Assembly (NCBI GenBank): GCA_964353645.1
Contig: CAYGWR010000002.1
Location: forward strand, 1-45,414
Length of the DNA stretch: 45,414 nucleotides
DNA from: an uncultured Dehalococcoidia bacterium
Lineage (GTDB): Bacteria > Chloroflexota > Dehalococcoidia > SZUA-161
Reading direction: 5' to 3'
Part shown: positions 14,698 through 23,748 of the stretch, piece after piece
Position numbering within the stretch: the first letter of the stretch is position 1
Layout of the letters: the number at the start of each line of letters is the position of its first letter
Position numbers and translations under genes: made by a program
Notes under the pieces: model-generated
What the model was told of the DNA's origin: nothing
What the model saw: the letters and a program-made list of their open reading frames with translations, nothing else
The model's database searches: none

Positions 14698-15602
14698 TTG
14701 GGGTTCATTCTAGTCACCATTATCTTGGCAGCCATTCCTTGACCGAGAGCCACTTCCACATCGTGGACCTTGGCCAAGACCGGGCCGCGCCCGAAGTTCT
14801 CGATCATTTTCACTGTGCTCCCTGGAGTGAATCCCATCGAGAGACACCGTCCCAACATCTCCTTGCCGCCCGTGTACGACTTCAGAACGCCGAATTCTCC
14901 AGTCTGGAGCTTGCTCATGGGGATCTCCTCGTCAGCCGCTTCTTCACCGGGGGAGACGCAAATTGCCATGAGATAATCCGCAGTCGTTTTATCCAGCAGC
15001 AATTTTTGCCCGTCCAGTTTGAGCTCCAGGGTTCCGTCATCGTCCTTCTTTTCGATCCTTACGATCGCCTTCGGCTTCAACCCCCACTTTTCTATTTTCC
15101 TCAACAGCCGGCTGTCCTCCTTCACCACCGCAGAGATACGAACTTTTTGCCCCACCTCAAACTCCGAAAGCGGCCTGACGTCCTGATCCTTGACATATCC
15201 ATTCTTGTCTGGAATTGGGTTGCCATGAGGGCAGGTGTCTGTGTAACCTAAAAGTGAGGCTAGACTCTCCTCCATATCTGGGGAAATGGCGTGTTCCAGG
15301 CGACAGGCTGCGTCGTGAACCTTGTCCCATCGGAGACCAAGGATATCTGTCAGAAACCTCTCCCACAGGCGATGCCGCCTGATTGTGGTCAATGCCGCTC
15401 GGCTGCCTTCAGCGGTGAGCGAAACCCCTCTGTTGTGTTCGTAGTTTATCAGCCCTTCAGCCTCCAGCCTTCGTATCATATCGGTGACAGCTGGTAGCGA
15501 AACTCTCAGATCGGCCGCAAGAGATGACGTGGAAACGGGCATTTCAGTCTTTTGCCTCTTGGAAATCGCCTCCAGATACTCTTCCACCCGTTCGCTTCTC
15601 AT
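14691..15602 (-). CDS. DtxR/MntR-family metalloregulator fused to two SH3-like FeoA domains
   Basis: HTH plus the metal-site region RHRLWERFL...VHDAACRLEH...CPHGNPIP, then two FeoA-like modules (VGQKVRISAV...; TGEFGVLKSY..LSMGFTPGSTVKMI). The stop overlaps the feoB start by 7 nt. Confidence 0.85.
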   Translation of the reverse strand: MRSERVEEYLEAISKRQKTEMPVSTSSLAADLRVSLPAVTDMIRRLEAEGLINYEHNRGVSLTAEGSRAALTTIRRHRLWERFLTDILGLRWDKVHDAACRLEHAISPDMEESLASLLGYTDTCPHGNPIPDKNGYVKDQDVRPLSEFEVGQKVRISAVVKEDSRLLRKIEKWGLKPKAIVRIEKKDDDGTLELKLDGQKLLLDKTTADYLMAICVSPGEEAADEEIPMSKLQTGEFGVLKSYTGGKEMLGRCLSMGFTPGSTVKMIENFGRGPVLAKVHDVEVALGQGMAAKIMVTRMNPKC

Positions 15603-15625
15603 TGGTGCTAGCCTCCGATGATTAT

Positions 15626-15674
15626 TTAATCAGGCTTAATTTAAGTCGACTTAACTTAAGCCGACTTAATTGTA
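15626..15674 (-). promoter_or_regulatory. Array of alternating TTAAG/CTTAA half-sites (three 14-mers at 15-bp period) abutting a TACAAT -10; candidate DtxR-type operator
   Basis: TTAATCAGGCTTAA-T-TTAAGTCGACTTAA-C-TTAAGCCGACTTAA. The middle 14-mer is a perfect palindrome. A minus-strand TACAAT sits at 15669-15674, and the array lies 24-67 nt upstream of the ATG at 15602. Confidence 0.5.
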
Positions 15675-16033
15675 GCACATTGCACAAGTAAAGAGCAAGA
15701 TCTGCACGGGTGATTCCAAACATCCGGGCAGTCTCCGAGACATTGCAATTTGTCTTCAAGTATTCCAGGACAGCTCCCCGTCCTGCCTCTGCATTAAATC
15801 CCCGGAGTTGCTTGTAGTCAATTGTGCCCCTCCCCACCCCAGTACGGAGTCCAGCTTTCACACTTCCTCCATTTCAGACTATCGTTGGTGATACCCAGAA
15901 GCTCTAACGTCTTCTCGATATACTTACTATAACCATAGTCTAGAGACTGTATAGTATGTCCTGGACACCGCACAACATTACGTTGACTCAGGTAATGCTG
16001 AATGTTAACATACAAAGCCAGAGGTGCTTATTA

Positions 16034-17185
16034 ATGGAAGCGATGAAGAGACTCTCCGACCACCTGGCAACCAGACTGACCGAGTTAGCACGGCTGCAAA
16101 AGAGCGGGACTAAAGTCATCGGCTACGCCCCCGGGGGCTATATGCCGGAGGAGTTGGTCTACGCCTGCGGGGCAGTTCCAGTGGGCCTCATCAGAGGAGG
16201 AGACCCGGAGCCAGTAGCAGAAAGCGCTGCATACGTTCCTCGATTCATAGACACATTCTGTAGAGCACAGATCGGGTACAGAATGCTGGGCGAGGACCTT
16301 CTCTACCAGATGATAGACCTTCTCGTTGTCCCCATCACAGACCACAATATCAAGACCATAGCTGACTGCTTCAACTTTTTCGCCAAAGCCAATGTGTTCA
16401 GGTTTGGAGTCCCTCATCAGAAAGATGAACACGCCTTTGAGTACTATCTCGCAGGGCTGCACAAGTTCAAGGAGAAGCTGGAGGAGTTCACCGGCAGCAA
16501 GATCGAGGATGGCAGACTGAGGGAAGCAATCATTTTGTGCAATAGAATGAGAGAGCTTCTGAAGGGGATAAGCCTGTTACGCTTGTCAGAGCAGCCGCCG
16601 ATAACCAGCCGTGAATTCGTGAAACTGAATCATGCGTCGTTTATTGCTGATAAGCGAATCTTCATCGATGTGCTGGAGTCGCTTCTTAAGGAGTTGATGA
16701 AGAAACCTGCATCGGGTCCAAAGGGGCCGCGACTCCTGTTAACAGGCTCCACCCTGGCTATGGGTGACTACAAGGTACTGGAGATAGCGGAGGATGCCGG
16801 GGCATCTATCGTCATCGAGGAGTTCGCCGAGGGAATGAGACACTATGAGGAGAATGTCCACCTCGACGGTGACCTTATGGCAGCCCTGGCGGATAGATAC
16901 TTCAGGAGAAGGATGCCTCCGGCCTGGTTCAGGCCCGCCAAGGAGAGGCTGGATTATCTGATAAAGCTGGCCCGGGATTTCAAGGTGGATGGCATTATCT
17001 GGTATCAACTCATGTACCGCAGCAGCTACGATATTCAGGCATTCTATTTCGAAAAGAGGCTGAAGAAAGAGCTCGATATCCCTATGCTGAAGATCGAATC
17101 AGACTATGATGTCTCCGAGAGGGGCCCTCTCAGGACAAGGCTCGAGACCTTCGTTGAGATTATCAAAGCGGGGGGAGGTCGCTAA
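16034..17185 (+). CDS. 2-hydroxyacyl-CoA dehydratase / benzoyl-CoA reductase BcrC-BadD family subunit
   Basis: 383 aa from MEAMKRLSDHLATRL. The family is assigned on overall pattern only (VIGYAPGGYMPEELVYACGAVPV, a C-terminal ...DYDVSE...TRLETF tail, and the typical subunit size), followed by a paralogous subunit and an activator. Confidence 0.75.
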   Translation: MEAMKRLSDHLATRLTELARLQKSGTKVIGYAPGGYMPEELVYACGAVPVGLIRGGDPEPVAESAAYVPRFIDTFCRAQIGYRMLGEDLLYQMIDLLVVPITDHNIKTIADCFNFFAKANVFRFGVPHQKDEHAFEYYLAGLHKFKEKLEEFTGSKIEDGRLREAIILCNRMRELLKGISLLRLSEQPPITSREFVKLNHASFIADKRIFIDVLESLLKELMKKPASGPKGPRLLLTGSTLAMGDYKVLEIAEDAGASIVIEEFAEGMRHYEENVHLDGDLMAALADRYFRRRMPPAWFRPAKERLDYLIKLARDFKVDGIIWYQLMYRSSYDIQAFYFEKRLKKELDIPMLKIESDYDVSERGPLRTRLETFVEIIKAGGGR

Positions 17186-17187
17186 AC

Positions 17188-18582
17188 ATGTACACCGAGC
17201 TTTTCAAGCTGTGTGGCTTTGAACCGGATGAGATAGAAAGGGAAAGACGGAGGATTGACAAGGCGTTCAAAATCCTGGGGATAAACAAAGAGGACATCCA
17301 GAGGGGCGAGAAGAGGCTGAAACAGTATCTGGACATTGAGTTGCTGGGGGTGCGTAGATTCCTCGGGATATGGATGAGAGAGCTTGTTAATCTGGTACTG
17401 GCAAGGGAAGAACACAGGAAAATAGTGTACAGCGATTTCCCGATGGAACTCAGGCCATTGATGTCAATGATGTTATCAACCGCTGAAAAGGATGTCTATT
17501 TCGCCACTCCGGGACAGATACTCAACATGACTATGGGGCAGATTTTCGATAAACTTACCCCCTTTCTGGTGGCAGGGGAAGAGAACGGCCTGCCACCCGG
17601 AGCCGCCCACTGCGCTCTATATCAGACTCGGCTGGGGGCGATGGTGAAGGGCGTAATTCCCTTCCCCGACCTGTCAGTAATAGCATCCTATCATTGTGAC
17701 CAGCCGGCTGAGGCAGAGCAATTGCTGCATGAGGTCTACGGCGTTCCGGTAGCATACCTCGATAGCTGCCCGGACCCGAACTGGGGCGACTGGCCGAAAT
17801 TCAATGACCACCGGGTTCGTTATTGCGGCTCACAGGCGCGCAAGCTCTTCCAGACATTTGAGGAGGTGATCGGCGCTAAGATGACGGAGGAGGCGATACA
17901 CACCACCAATAAATCAAACGCCATATTCCGTCTCAAGTTACAGCAGTTGGTGGAGCTAATTGGGCATGCGGATCCGCAGCCGATAAGTCAGGCAAGCCTG
18001 GTGCACGCCTTTTTCCTGAACTCTATGCCTACGAGAGACATCGAAGGGAAGCAGGAGTCGCTGGAGATTCTGTGTGGTGAGGTAGAGGAGAGAGTTAACC
18101 AGGGCAAGGGGGTAGTTGAGAAAGGAGCCCCCGGTGTCTTTTGCACCGCTACGATAAGTGTGGATCCTAGCATAACACGTATGATAGAGCAGACAGGCCT
18201 GGCCATTCGTATTCAGATACCGTTCTGGCTCAGTCCGTGGGTGCTCACCAGACATCCATACAGGGATTGGGCGGATAAGATCGGTGTAGGCCCCTGCCTG
18301 GACATACCACACTCCGGTGAAGCCCATGTCGCTATCAACCTGGCGAACTGCAAGGCTTTCAACGTGGATGGGGTAATTGATTTCTACCCCTACTCCTGCC
18401 GCGAGTGGGTCCCCACCGTCATGATAACCAAGAGAACCATAGAGAGAGAGCTGGGTATACCGGTGCTAGTGTTGGAGGGGGACTGCTATGACACTCGGAA
18501 CTACAGTGCCGGCCAGCTAAGAACGAGAGTCGAAACGTTTGCAGAACTGCTTCGGGCGGCCAAAGCTGACAAGGCGTCGTAG
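17188..18582 (+). CDS. 2-hydroxyacyl-CoA dehydratase / benzoyl-CoA reductase family subunit (second component subunit)
   Basis: 464 aa, only 2 nt after the previous stop. The tail LVLEGDCYDTRNYSAGQLRTRVETFAELL parallels that of the first subunit. Confidence 0.75.
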   Translation: MYTELFKLCGFEPDEIERERRRIDKAFKILGINKEDIQRGEKRLKQYLDIELLGVRRFLGIWMRELVNLVLAREEHRKIVYSDFPMELRPLMSMMLSTAEKDVYFATPGQILNMTMGQIFDKLTPFLVAGEENGLPPGAAHCALYQTRLGAMVKGVIPFPDLSVIASYHCDQPAEAEQLLHEVYGVPVAYLDSCPDPNWGDWPKFNDHRVRYCGSQARKLFQTFEEVIGAKMTEEAIHTTNKSNAIFRLKLQQLVELIGHADPQPISQASLVHAFFLNSMPTRDIEGKQESLEILCGEVEERVNQGKGVVEKGAPGVFCTATISVDPSITRMIEQTGLAIRIQIPFWLSPWVLTRHPYRDWADKIGVGPCLDIPHSGEAHVAINLANCKAFNVDGVIDFYPYSCREWVPTVMITKRTIERELGIPVLVLEGDCYDTRNYSAGQLRTRVETFAELLRAAKADKAS

Positions 18583-18589
18583 AGAGATA

Positions 18590-19372
18590 ATGATTACCGC
18601 TGGAGTTGATGTTGGAGCAGCGACTGCCAAGACAGTTATTGTGGCAGATGGCAAGATTCTGTCCTACGCTGTTATACCAACAGGCGACAGTGTTGCTCGA
18701 GCAGCAGAAAAAGTAACAAAAGCAGCTTTGGAGCAATCGGGTCTCTCCATGTCTGACCTCAGCTTTGTCATCTCCACAGGTTACGGGCGGAACGGTGTTG
18801 CCTTTGCCAACAAAGCGGTAACCGAGATTATCTGCCACGCTAAGGGGGTGAACTTTTTAATTCCCGCAGCCAGAACGGTCATCGACATAGGCGGTCAGGA
18901 TAGCAAAGTTATCGGAGTCCGTGAAGATGGCACTGTCAGAGATTTCGTCATGAATGATAAATGCGCTGCCGGGACGGGTAGATTTCTGGAGGTCATGGCT
19001 GGGGTTCTAGGCCTCGATATCAAGGAAATGGGGCCGATATCCCTGACTAGCAAAGAGCCCTGTACGATAAGCAGTACCTGCACCATATTTGCCGAAACTG
19101 AGATGGTCTCACTTCGCGCCGATGGCAGGATCAGGGAGGACATAGTCGCTGGAATTCATCGGGCTGTGGCTTCAAGAGTGGTAGTCATGGGAAGAACCGT
19201 CGGCTACAAGGAGCAGGTGGTATTCACCGGAGGCGTCGCCAAGAATCTGGGGGTTAAGTATTCCCTCGAAGCCGGAATCGGTCTTCCCATCCTGATTCCA
19301 GAGGAGCCTCAGATCGTGGGAGCCCTGGGAGCTGCCCTCCTCGCCAGACGTGAGTTGGGTGTTCTCCGCTAG
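18590..19372 (+). CDS. BcrAD/BadFG/HgdC-type ATPase activator (archerase) of the dehydratase-type enzyme
   Basis: MITAGVDVGAATAKTVI, DIGGQDSK, NDKCAAGTGRFLE and SSTCTIFAETEMVSL (the cluster-bridging Cys context). Confidence 0.85.
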   Translation: MITAGVDVGAATAKTVIVADGKILSYAVIPTGDSVARAAEKVTKAALEQSGLSMSDLSFVISTGYGRNGVAFANKAVTEIICHAKGVNFLIPAARTVIDIGGQDSKVIGVREDGTVRDFVMNDKCAAGTGRFLEVMAGVLGLDIKEMGPISLTSKEPCTISSTCTIFAETEMVSLRADGRIREDIVAGIHRAVASRVVVMGRTVGYKEQVVFTGGVAKNLGVKYSLEAGIGLPILIPEEPQIVGALGAALLARRELGVLR

Positions 19373-19471
19373 ACAGACCTGTGACAACAACAATGAGCAC
19401 TATCTCGCCAAGTATACCGGCCTCTCCGATTTTAAGTGGTCTCTGGGCGCAATCTGAATAGTTACTTTGCG

Positions 19472-19966
19472 CTATACTTTCAGCCTTTCCCTGAATTCCT
19501 TAACTTGAGCCTTGTATTCTTCCAATCTCTGCGGTGACATTTCATCTGGCCATTCGGTACCGACTTTATTCAGTAAATCAACTATGACAGAGCTTTTAGG
19601 TGCGATTGCCAGAGCCCTCTTTACGTCGCCTTTGTCCAGCTTTATCTTTGCTGTCATGAAAAGCGAGATAAAACCCTGTTCCTTCTTTATCAGCTTTTTC
19701 CAGATTGATGGAGTTGCGCCGAAAACCAAGTCCGACTTCGTTTCGGCGTCATCCTTACTCAACATCATGCTATCATCCTGTATAACACCATCCGTGACGT
19801 GGAGACTGAAGTAAATGTCCTTGTCTATACCGAACTTAGGGTCTGCACTGATACGAAAAGAAGCAAATAGGGTCATGCCTTTGAAATTCCTACTCTGATT
19901 TTCCGGATTTTCCATGTAAACCTTGCCCAGCGCTGCCACCCATTCCGGCGTTGCATACGGTAACAT
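19472..19966 (-). CDS. SCP2 (sterol-carrier-protein-2)-like lipid-binding domain protein
   Basis: 164 aa. TPEWVAAL...GATPSIWKKLIKKEQGFISLFMTAKIKLDKGDVKRAL is the typical SCP2 C-terminal pattern. AAGGAGGAAAAT-ATG SD. Confidence 0.65.
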   Translation of the reverse strand: MLPYATPEWVAALGKVYMENPENQSRNFKGMTLFASFRISADPKFGIDKDIYFSLHVTDGVIQDDSMMLSKDDAETKSDLVFGATPSIWKKLIKKEQGFISLFMTAKIKLDKGDVKRALAIAPKSSVIVDLLNKVGTEWPDEMSPQRLEEYKAQVKEFRERLKV

Positions 19967-19985
19967 ATTTTCCTCCTTATCCCCT

Positions 19986-21680
19986 TTATTTGAGAAGCCC
20001 CTGCTCCTTCATCTTCTTGATTTCCTCTTCCCTCAATACCCTTTTGAATATCTTCTCGGTTACAGTCAGTGGCAGTTCGTCTCTGAACTCTATGTGTTTG
20101 GGGACAGCGATGGAGGGAAGCTTCTCCTTGCAATGGGCGATGATATCATCGGCGTTCAGCTTGCCCCTATACTCTTCTTTTGGCTTTATAAACGCCTTTA
20201 TCCTCTCGCTTCCGGGGCGCTCGGGGTCAGGGATGCCCACTGCCGCAGCCATAGCTACGCCGGGATATTTGAACAGAACCTGGTCAACCTCTGTGGTGTA
20301 GACTTTGTATCCTGAGATATTCGCCATGTCCTTGATGCGGTCCTCCAGAACGAAGTAGCCGTTTTCATCCATCCTACCGATGTCACCGGTACGAAGCCAA
20401 CCGTTTTCCAGGCCGCTTCCAGGTGTAGGCCAGTAGCCCTTCATGGTCTGGGGTCCGCGAACCCATATCTCTCCGCTCTCGCCAGCGCCGAGTTCCTCCC
20501 CTGTTTCCAGGCTCACTATCTTCGCTTCAGTATCCGGGACAGGCACCCCGATGCCAAGAATCTCTTTGGCTACAAAACCGGTGAGTTTGGAGAAGGTAGA
20601 AATGTTCATATGGGTCATCGGTCCACACTCGGTCAAACCGTAGCCCTCTGTAACCGGCATCAACATATCGGACTTGATGGCGTTGAAAATCCCTTCGGGG
20701 AGCGGGGCAGCTCCCGACATGAACATGACCGGCAGTCGCCCTATCTTTCTCTCGGCTATCTTCATCAGGTGGGTGGGGACAACGTAGATTAGGATGGGGC
20801 GGTTCTCTTTTATGAGGTTCACGGTCTGGTCTATGTCTCTGGGGTCGGATACCAGCAGGATTCGCAGCCCCAGGCAGATGCTGGCTTGCATCCCCAAGTG
20901 TCCGTACGAGTGGAAAAGCGGGACGACTATCTCCGTGGCAGCCTTGCCTTTAAGTCCCGGCCAGAGAGGCTCAAGCGTCCATAAAGCCTGCCTTACATTG
21001 CAAGCCCTGTTATAGTGGGTAATCATCACGCCTTTCGGCACACCGGTAGCTCCGCCGGTGAAGGAGAGATAAGCCAGGTCCTCCATGGGGTTGATGTCAA
21101 CGTGAGGCGGGTTCGGTTCATGCTGTGCTATCAGGTCTTTGAACTGGTGAGCGCCTGACACCTGCTTTGCTTCGGGTGATGTGGGAGAGTAGTCCATAGG
21201 CGAGGTTACAATTACATTCTTGAGTTTTGTTTTGCCCTTTATCGAATCTACCAGGCTCAAGCCTTCGTCCGAGCAGACTACTGTCTCCGCGCCTGACTCA
21301 CCTATCTCATATTCTAGGTCGAGAACCCTGTGAAGTGTGCTGCAGGGGACAAGGGCAGCGCCCGTTTTGGATACGGCGAAATCGGTCATGATGAATTGGG
21401 GACAATTCGGTAGAATCGAAGCCACCCTGTCGCCCTTCTTAACCCCCAATCCCGCAAGGGCGTTAGCCAACCTGTCTACGTAATTCCTTAGCTCGCTATA
21501 CTTTATCTTTTTCCCCAGATACTCCACTGCAACCTGTCCGGGATATGCTTCGGCTGAATCGTCCAGGAACTTATATATGGGTGCCCTGGGATAGGGCTCC
21601 AGAGTCTTTTTCAATTGATATGGCCCGAGCTTATAATTCTTGAGCCAGGGCTTGTCACTGCCTTTTATCTTATCTGTCAT
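19986..21680 (-). CDS. AMP-forming acyl-CoA synthetase/ligase
   Basis: AMP-binding motifs YLSFTGGATGVPKGVMITH, TEGYGLTE, GWLRTGDIG and KVYTTEVD. I prefer ATG 21680 (MTDKIKGSDKPWLKNY, SD AGAGGGA) over the track start 21779, which would overlap the AOR gene. Confidence 0.9.
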   Translation of the reverse strand: MTDKIKGSDKPWLKNYKLGPYQLKKTLEPYPRAPIYKFLDDSAEAYPGQVAVEYLGKKIKYSELRNYVDRLANALAGLGVKKGDRVASILPNCPQFIMTDFAVSKTGAALVPCSTLHRVLDLEYEIGESGAETVVCSDEGLSLVDSIKGKTKLKNVIVTSPMDYSPTSPEAKQVSGAHQFKDLIAQHEPNPPHVDINPMEDLAYLSFTGGATGVPKGVMITHYNRACNVRQALWTLEPLWPGLKGKAATEIVVPLFHSYGHLGMQASICLGLRILLVSDPRDIDQTVNLIKENRPILIYVVPTHLMKIAERKIGRLPVMFMSGAAPLPEGIFNAIKSDMLMPVTEGYGLTECGPMTHMNISTFSKLTGFVAKEILGIGVPVPDTEAKIVSLETGEELGAGESGEIWVRGPQTMKGYWPTPGSGLENGWLRTGDIGRMDENGYFVLEDRIKDMANISGYKVYTTEVDQVLFKYPGVAMAAAVGIPDPERPGSERIKAFIKPKEEYRGKLNADDIIAHCKEKLPSIAVPKHIEFRDELPLTVTEKIFKRVLREEEIKKMKEQGLLK

Positions 21681-21691
21681 AAGCTGTCCCT

Positions 21692-23560
21692 CTATTTCCC
21701 CCAGATATCGGGGATATACTCCTCCAACCCCAGTTGTTTGAGTTTCGCGGCGGTGGGTTTTCCGGTAGCCTTGTCCCATCCCCTCAACTCGTAGTATTTA
21801 TCCAGCATAGCGGGTAAATTCTCATTCACTTTGCCTGCTGCGGGACCCTCGGTCAAAGGCTCCTCTAAAAGTCTAGGGGGCAGGGTATCATCGGCTCTGG
21901 TTACACCCTCTCTGACATTGAAGACCCTGGCGAGGTTGTAAGCCCTCTCGCCAATTTTAACCAGGTCACTATAGGTAAATTTATGCCCCAGACAGTGTTC
22001 CACCAGCTCAACCCATTCCTCCGAGGACACGCAGAATCCCATGAACTTACATGCTCCCAATGTGTCGAGGGCGGTCATAACGTTCTCCAGTTCCACCAAA
22101 ATATGAACTTCACCGGGATCGGCCACGAGGCAGTCCTTGATTTGACTATCTGGAATACAGAGAAAAGGAATGTCAAGAAAGGTAGGCCCTTGAATATAGG
22201 CGGTGATGTGGTCACCGCCCCTGTTGGCTACGGCGTATGCCAGGCCGGTTATCTGCACAGCCCTGGAATCGTAAGCCGGAAGTTCGAGCCCCTTAACGTT
22301 CATAGCGAATCTTTCGCTGCCCTTGTCCAGCTTCTTAGCCATCCTCTTCGTGCCCTCAGCCAGCAGGTTGCCGATGCCCTCTCGCCTAGCTATCTTGTGT
22401 ATAAGCCCTATCATGACCTCGGCATCGCCGAACTTCAGTTCCAGCCCATGCGTATCTGCTTTAGTTAATATCTCCTTTTCATAGCATTCCATAGCGAAGG
22501 CTATCGTAGCGCCAGTGGAGATGGTATCCATTCCGTAATCATTGCACAGGTAATGCCCCTGCGTGATTGCTTCCATATCGGCGATCATGCACTGCCCACC
22601 GAGCGTGCCCACGGTTTCGTATTCAGGTCCCTCTCCCTTGGCACCCTTGTATTTACCGCTTCGTATCTCGCTGCCTCTGCCGCACTTGAGAGGGCAAGCG
22701 AAGCAGCCCAGAGGCTCTTTGAGAACCTTATCGCTGAGAGCCATCGCGTTTATTTCCTCTATCTGGGGGAAAACACTGGTCTGCCAGTTTCTGGTGGGGA
22801 ATCCACCCCTTACATTAACAAGGTCGATAACGGCATTCGTGCCGAATGTCTCTAACGTTATTTTGAACATGTGCTGGTCAAGCAGCTCGAACTGTTTCTT
22901 TGCCACCTCAGCGAAAGCAGCCGGCTTCGCCAGTTTCACAGGTTTCTTTCCGAATACGGCGATAGCCTTCAGCTTCTTCGAACCCATCACAGCCCCGCCG
23001 CCGCACCTTCCCGCCGCCCGATGCAGGTCGTTCATTATGCTGGCATACCTGACCAGGTTCTCACCGGCTATGCCAATACAGTCCACATTGAACTTCTCAC
23101 CCAGCTCCTTCTGTATCAGCTCTGTAGTCTCTAAAACGCTCTTACCCCACAGGTGTTTTGCATCCCTGAGTTCAACCTTATCTTCTTCAATCACCAGATA
23201 GACAGGTTTTGACGAGATGCCCTGAAATATGATTCCGTCGAAACCTGTTTTCTTAAAATCCACCCCCCAGAAGCCTGCTGAGTTCGACTGCGCCCAGAGA
23301 CTGGTCAGGGGCGACTTGAACACCCAGTTGAATCTTCCGGTGCTGGGCGCTGTAGTTCCCGTCAATGCCCCGGTCATAAGTATGAGCTCACTCTCAGACC
23401 CCAGAGGGTCGGTCCCCTTGGGAACCTCATGATAAAGGTAGTGGGTTGCTAGCCCAGCGCCTGTCAGGAACTTATCAAACAGGCTTTGAGGAATCTCCTC
23501 ATGTGAAATATGTCCCTTCGCTAAATTAACCCTCAGGATTTTCCCATGTGCTCCGTACAT
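21692..23560 (-). CDS. aor: Aldehyde:ferredoxin oxidoreductase family (tungstopterin enzyme)
   Basis: 622 aa. The N-terminus MYGAHGKILRVNLAKG..., the GxxC..CP.KC [4Fe-4S] context (CFACPLKCGR) and RGGDH are typical of AOR-family proteins. Confidence 0.9.
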   Translation of the reverse strand: MYGAHGKILRVNLAKGHISHEEIPQSLFDKFLTGAGLATHYLYHEVPKGTDPLGSESELILMTGALTGTTAPSTGRFNWVFKSPLTSLWAQSNSAGFWGVDFKKTGFDGIIFQGISSKPVYLVIEEDKVELRDAKHLWGKSVLETTELIQKELGEKFNVDCIGIAGENLVRYASIMNDLHRAAGRCGGGAVMGSKKLKAIAVFGKKPVKLAKPAAFAEVAKKQFELLDQHMFKITLETFGTNAVIDLVNVRGGFPTRNWQTSVFPQIEEINAMALSDKVLKEPLGCFACPLKCGRGSEIRSGKYKGAKGEGPEYETVGTLGGQCMIADMEAITQGHYLCNDYGMDTISTGATIAFAMECYEKEILTKADTHGLELKFGDAEVMIGLIHKIARREGIGNLLAEGTKRMAKKLDKGSERFAMNVKGLELPAYDSRAVQITGLAYAVANRGGDHITAYIQGPTFLDIPFLCIPDSQIKDCLVADPGEVHILVELENVMTALDTLGACKFMGFCVSSEEWVELVEHCLGHKFTYSDLVKIGERAYNLARVFNVREGVTRADDTLPPRLLEEPLTEGPAAGKVNENLPAMLDKYYELRGWDKATGKPTAAKLKQLGLEEYIPDIWGK

Positions 23561-23632
23561 TCCTGCCCCCTAAAGCGTTATTTCCTGGAAACGCTCTTTT
23601 TCTTTGGCTTCTCTGAGAGAGCGTTTGCTAAT

Positions 23633-23748
23633 CATCTTTTCAACCCCCTGTATCCCCCATTCTTGGGGGAATTGTAATTTTGGGGACACCCCCAAATCCC
23701 CCGTCAGATGGGCTTTGCCCCTCTGAACTCCCCATCAGTAAACGACTT
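23633..23748 (+). repeat. Family-A intergenic repeat, copy 2
   Basis: TCTTTTCAACCCCC...CCCCCATTCTTGGGGG...TTGGGGACACCCCC...GGGCTTTGCCCCTCTGAACTCCCC...GTAAACGACTT. It abuts the stop codon of 23747..25024. Confidence 0.85.

Noticed and set aside
19447-19472. Bidirectional terminator between the convergent activator and SCP2 genes (GCGCAA-N14-TTGCGC)
   Set aside because: The stem is only 6 bp with a 14-nt loop, there is no U-tract on either strand, and it overlaps the SCP2 stop codon. That is too weak to call.
23589-23627. 9-bp inverted repeat (AAACGCTCT...AGAGCGTTT) in the AOR leader as a regulatory hairpin
   Set aside because: It was seen only once and has a long loop of about 20 nt. There is no associated motif or conservation evidence in the window. 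It is noted but not supportable as a feature.
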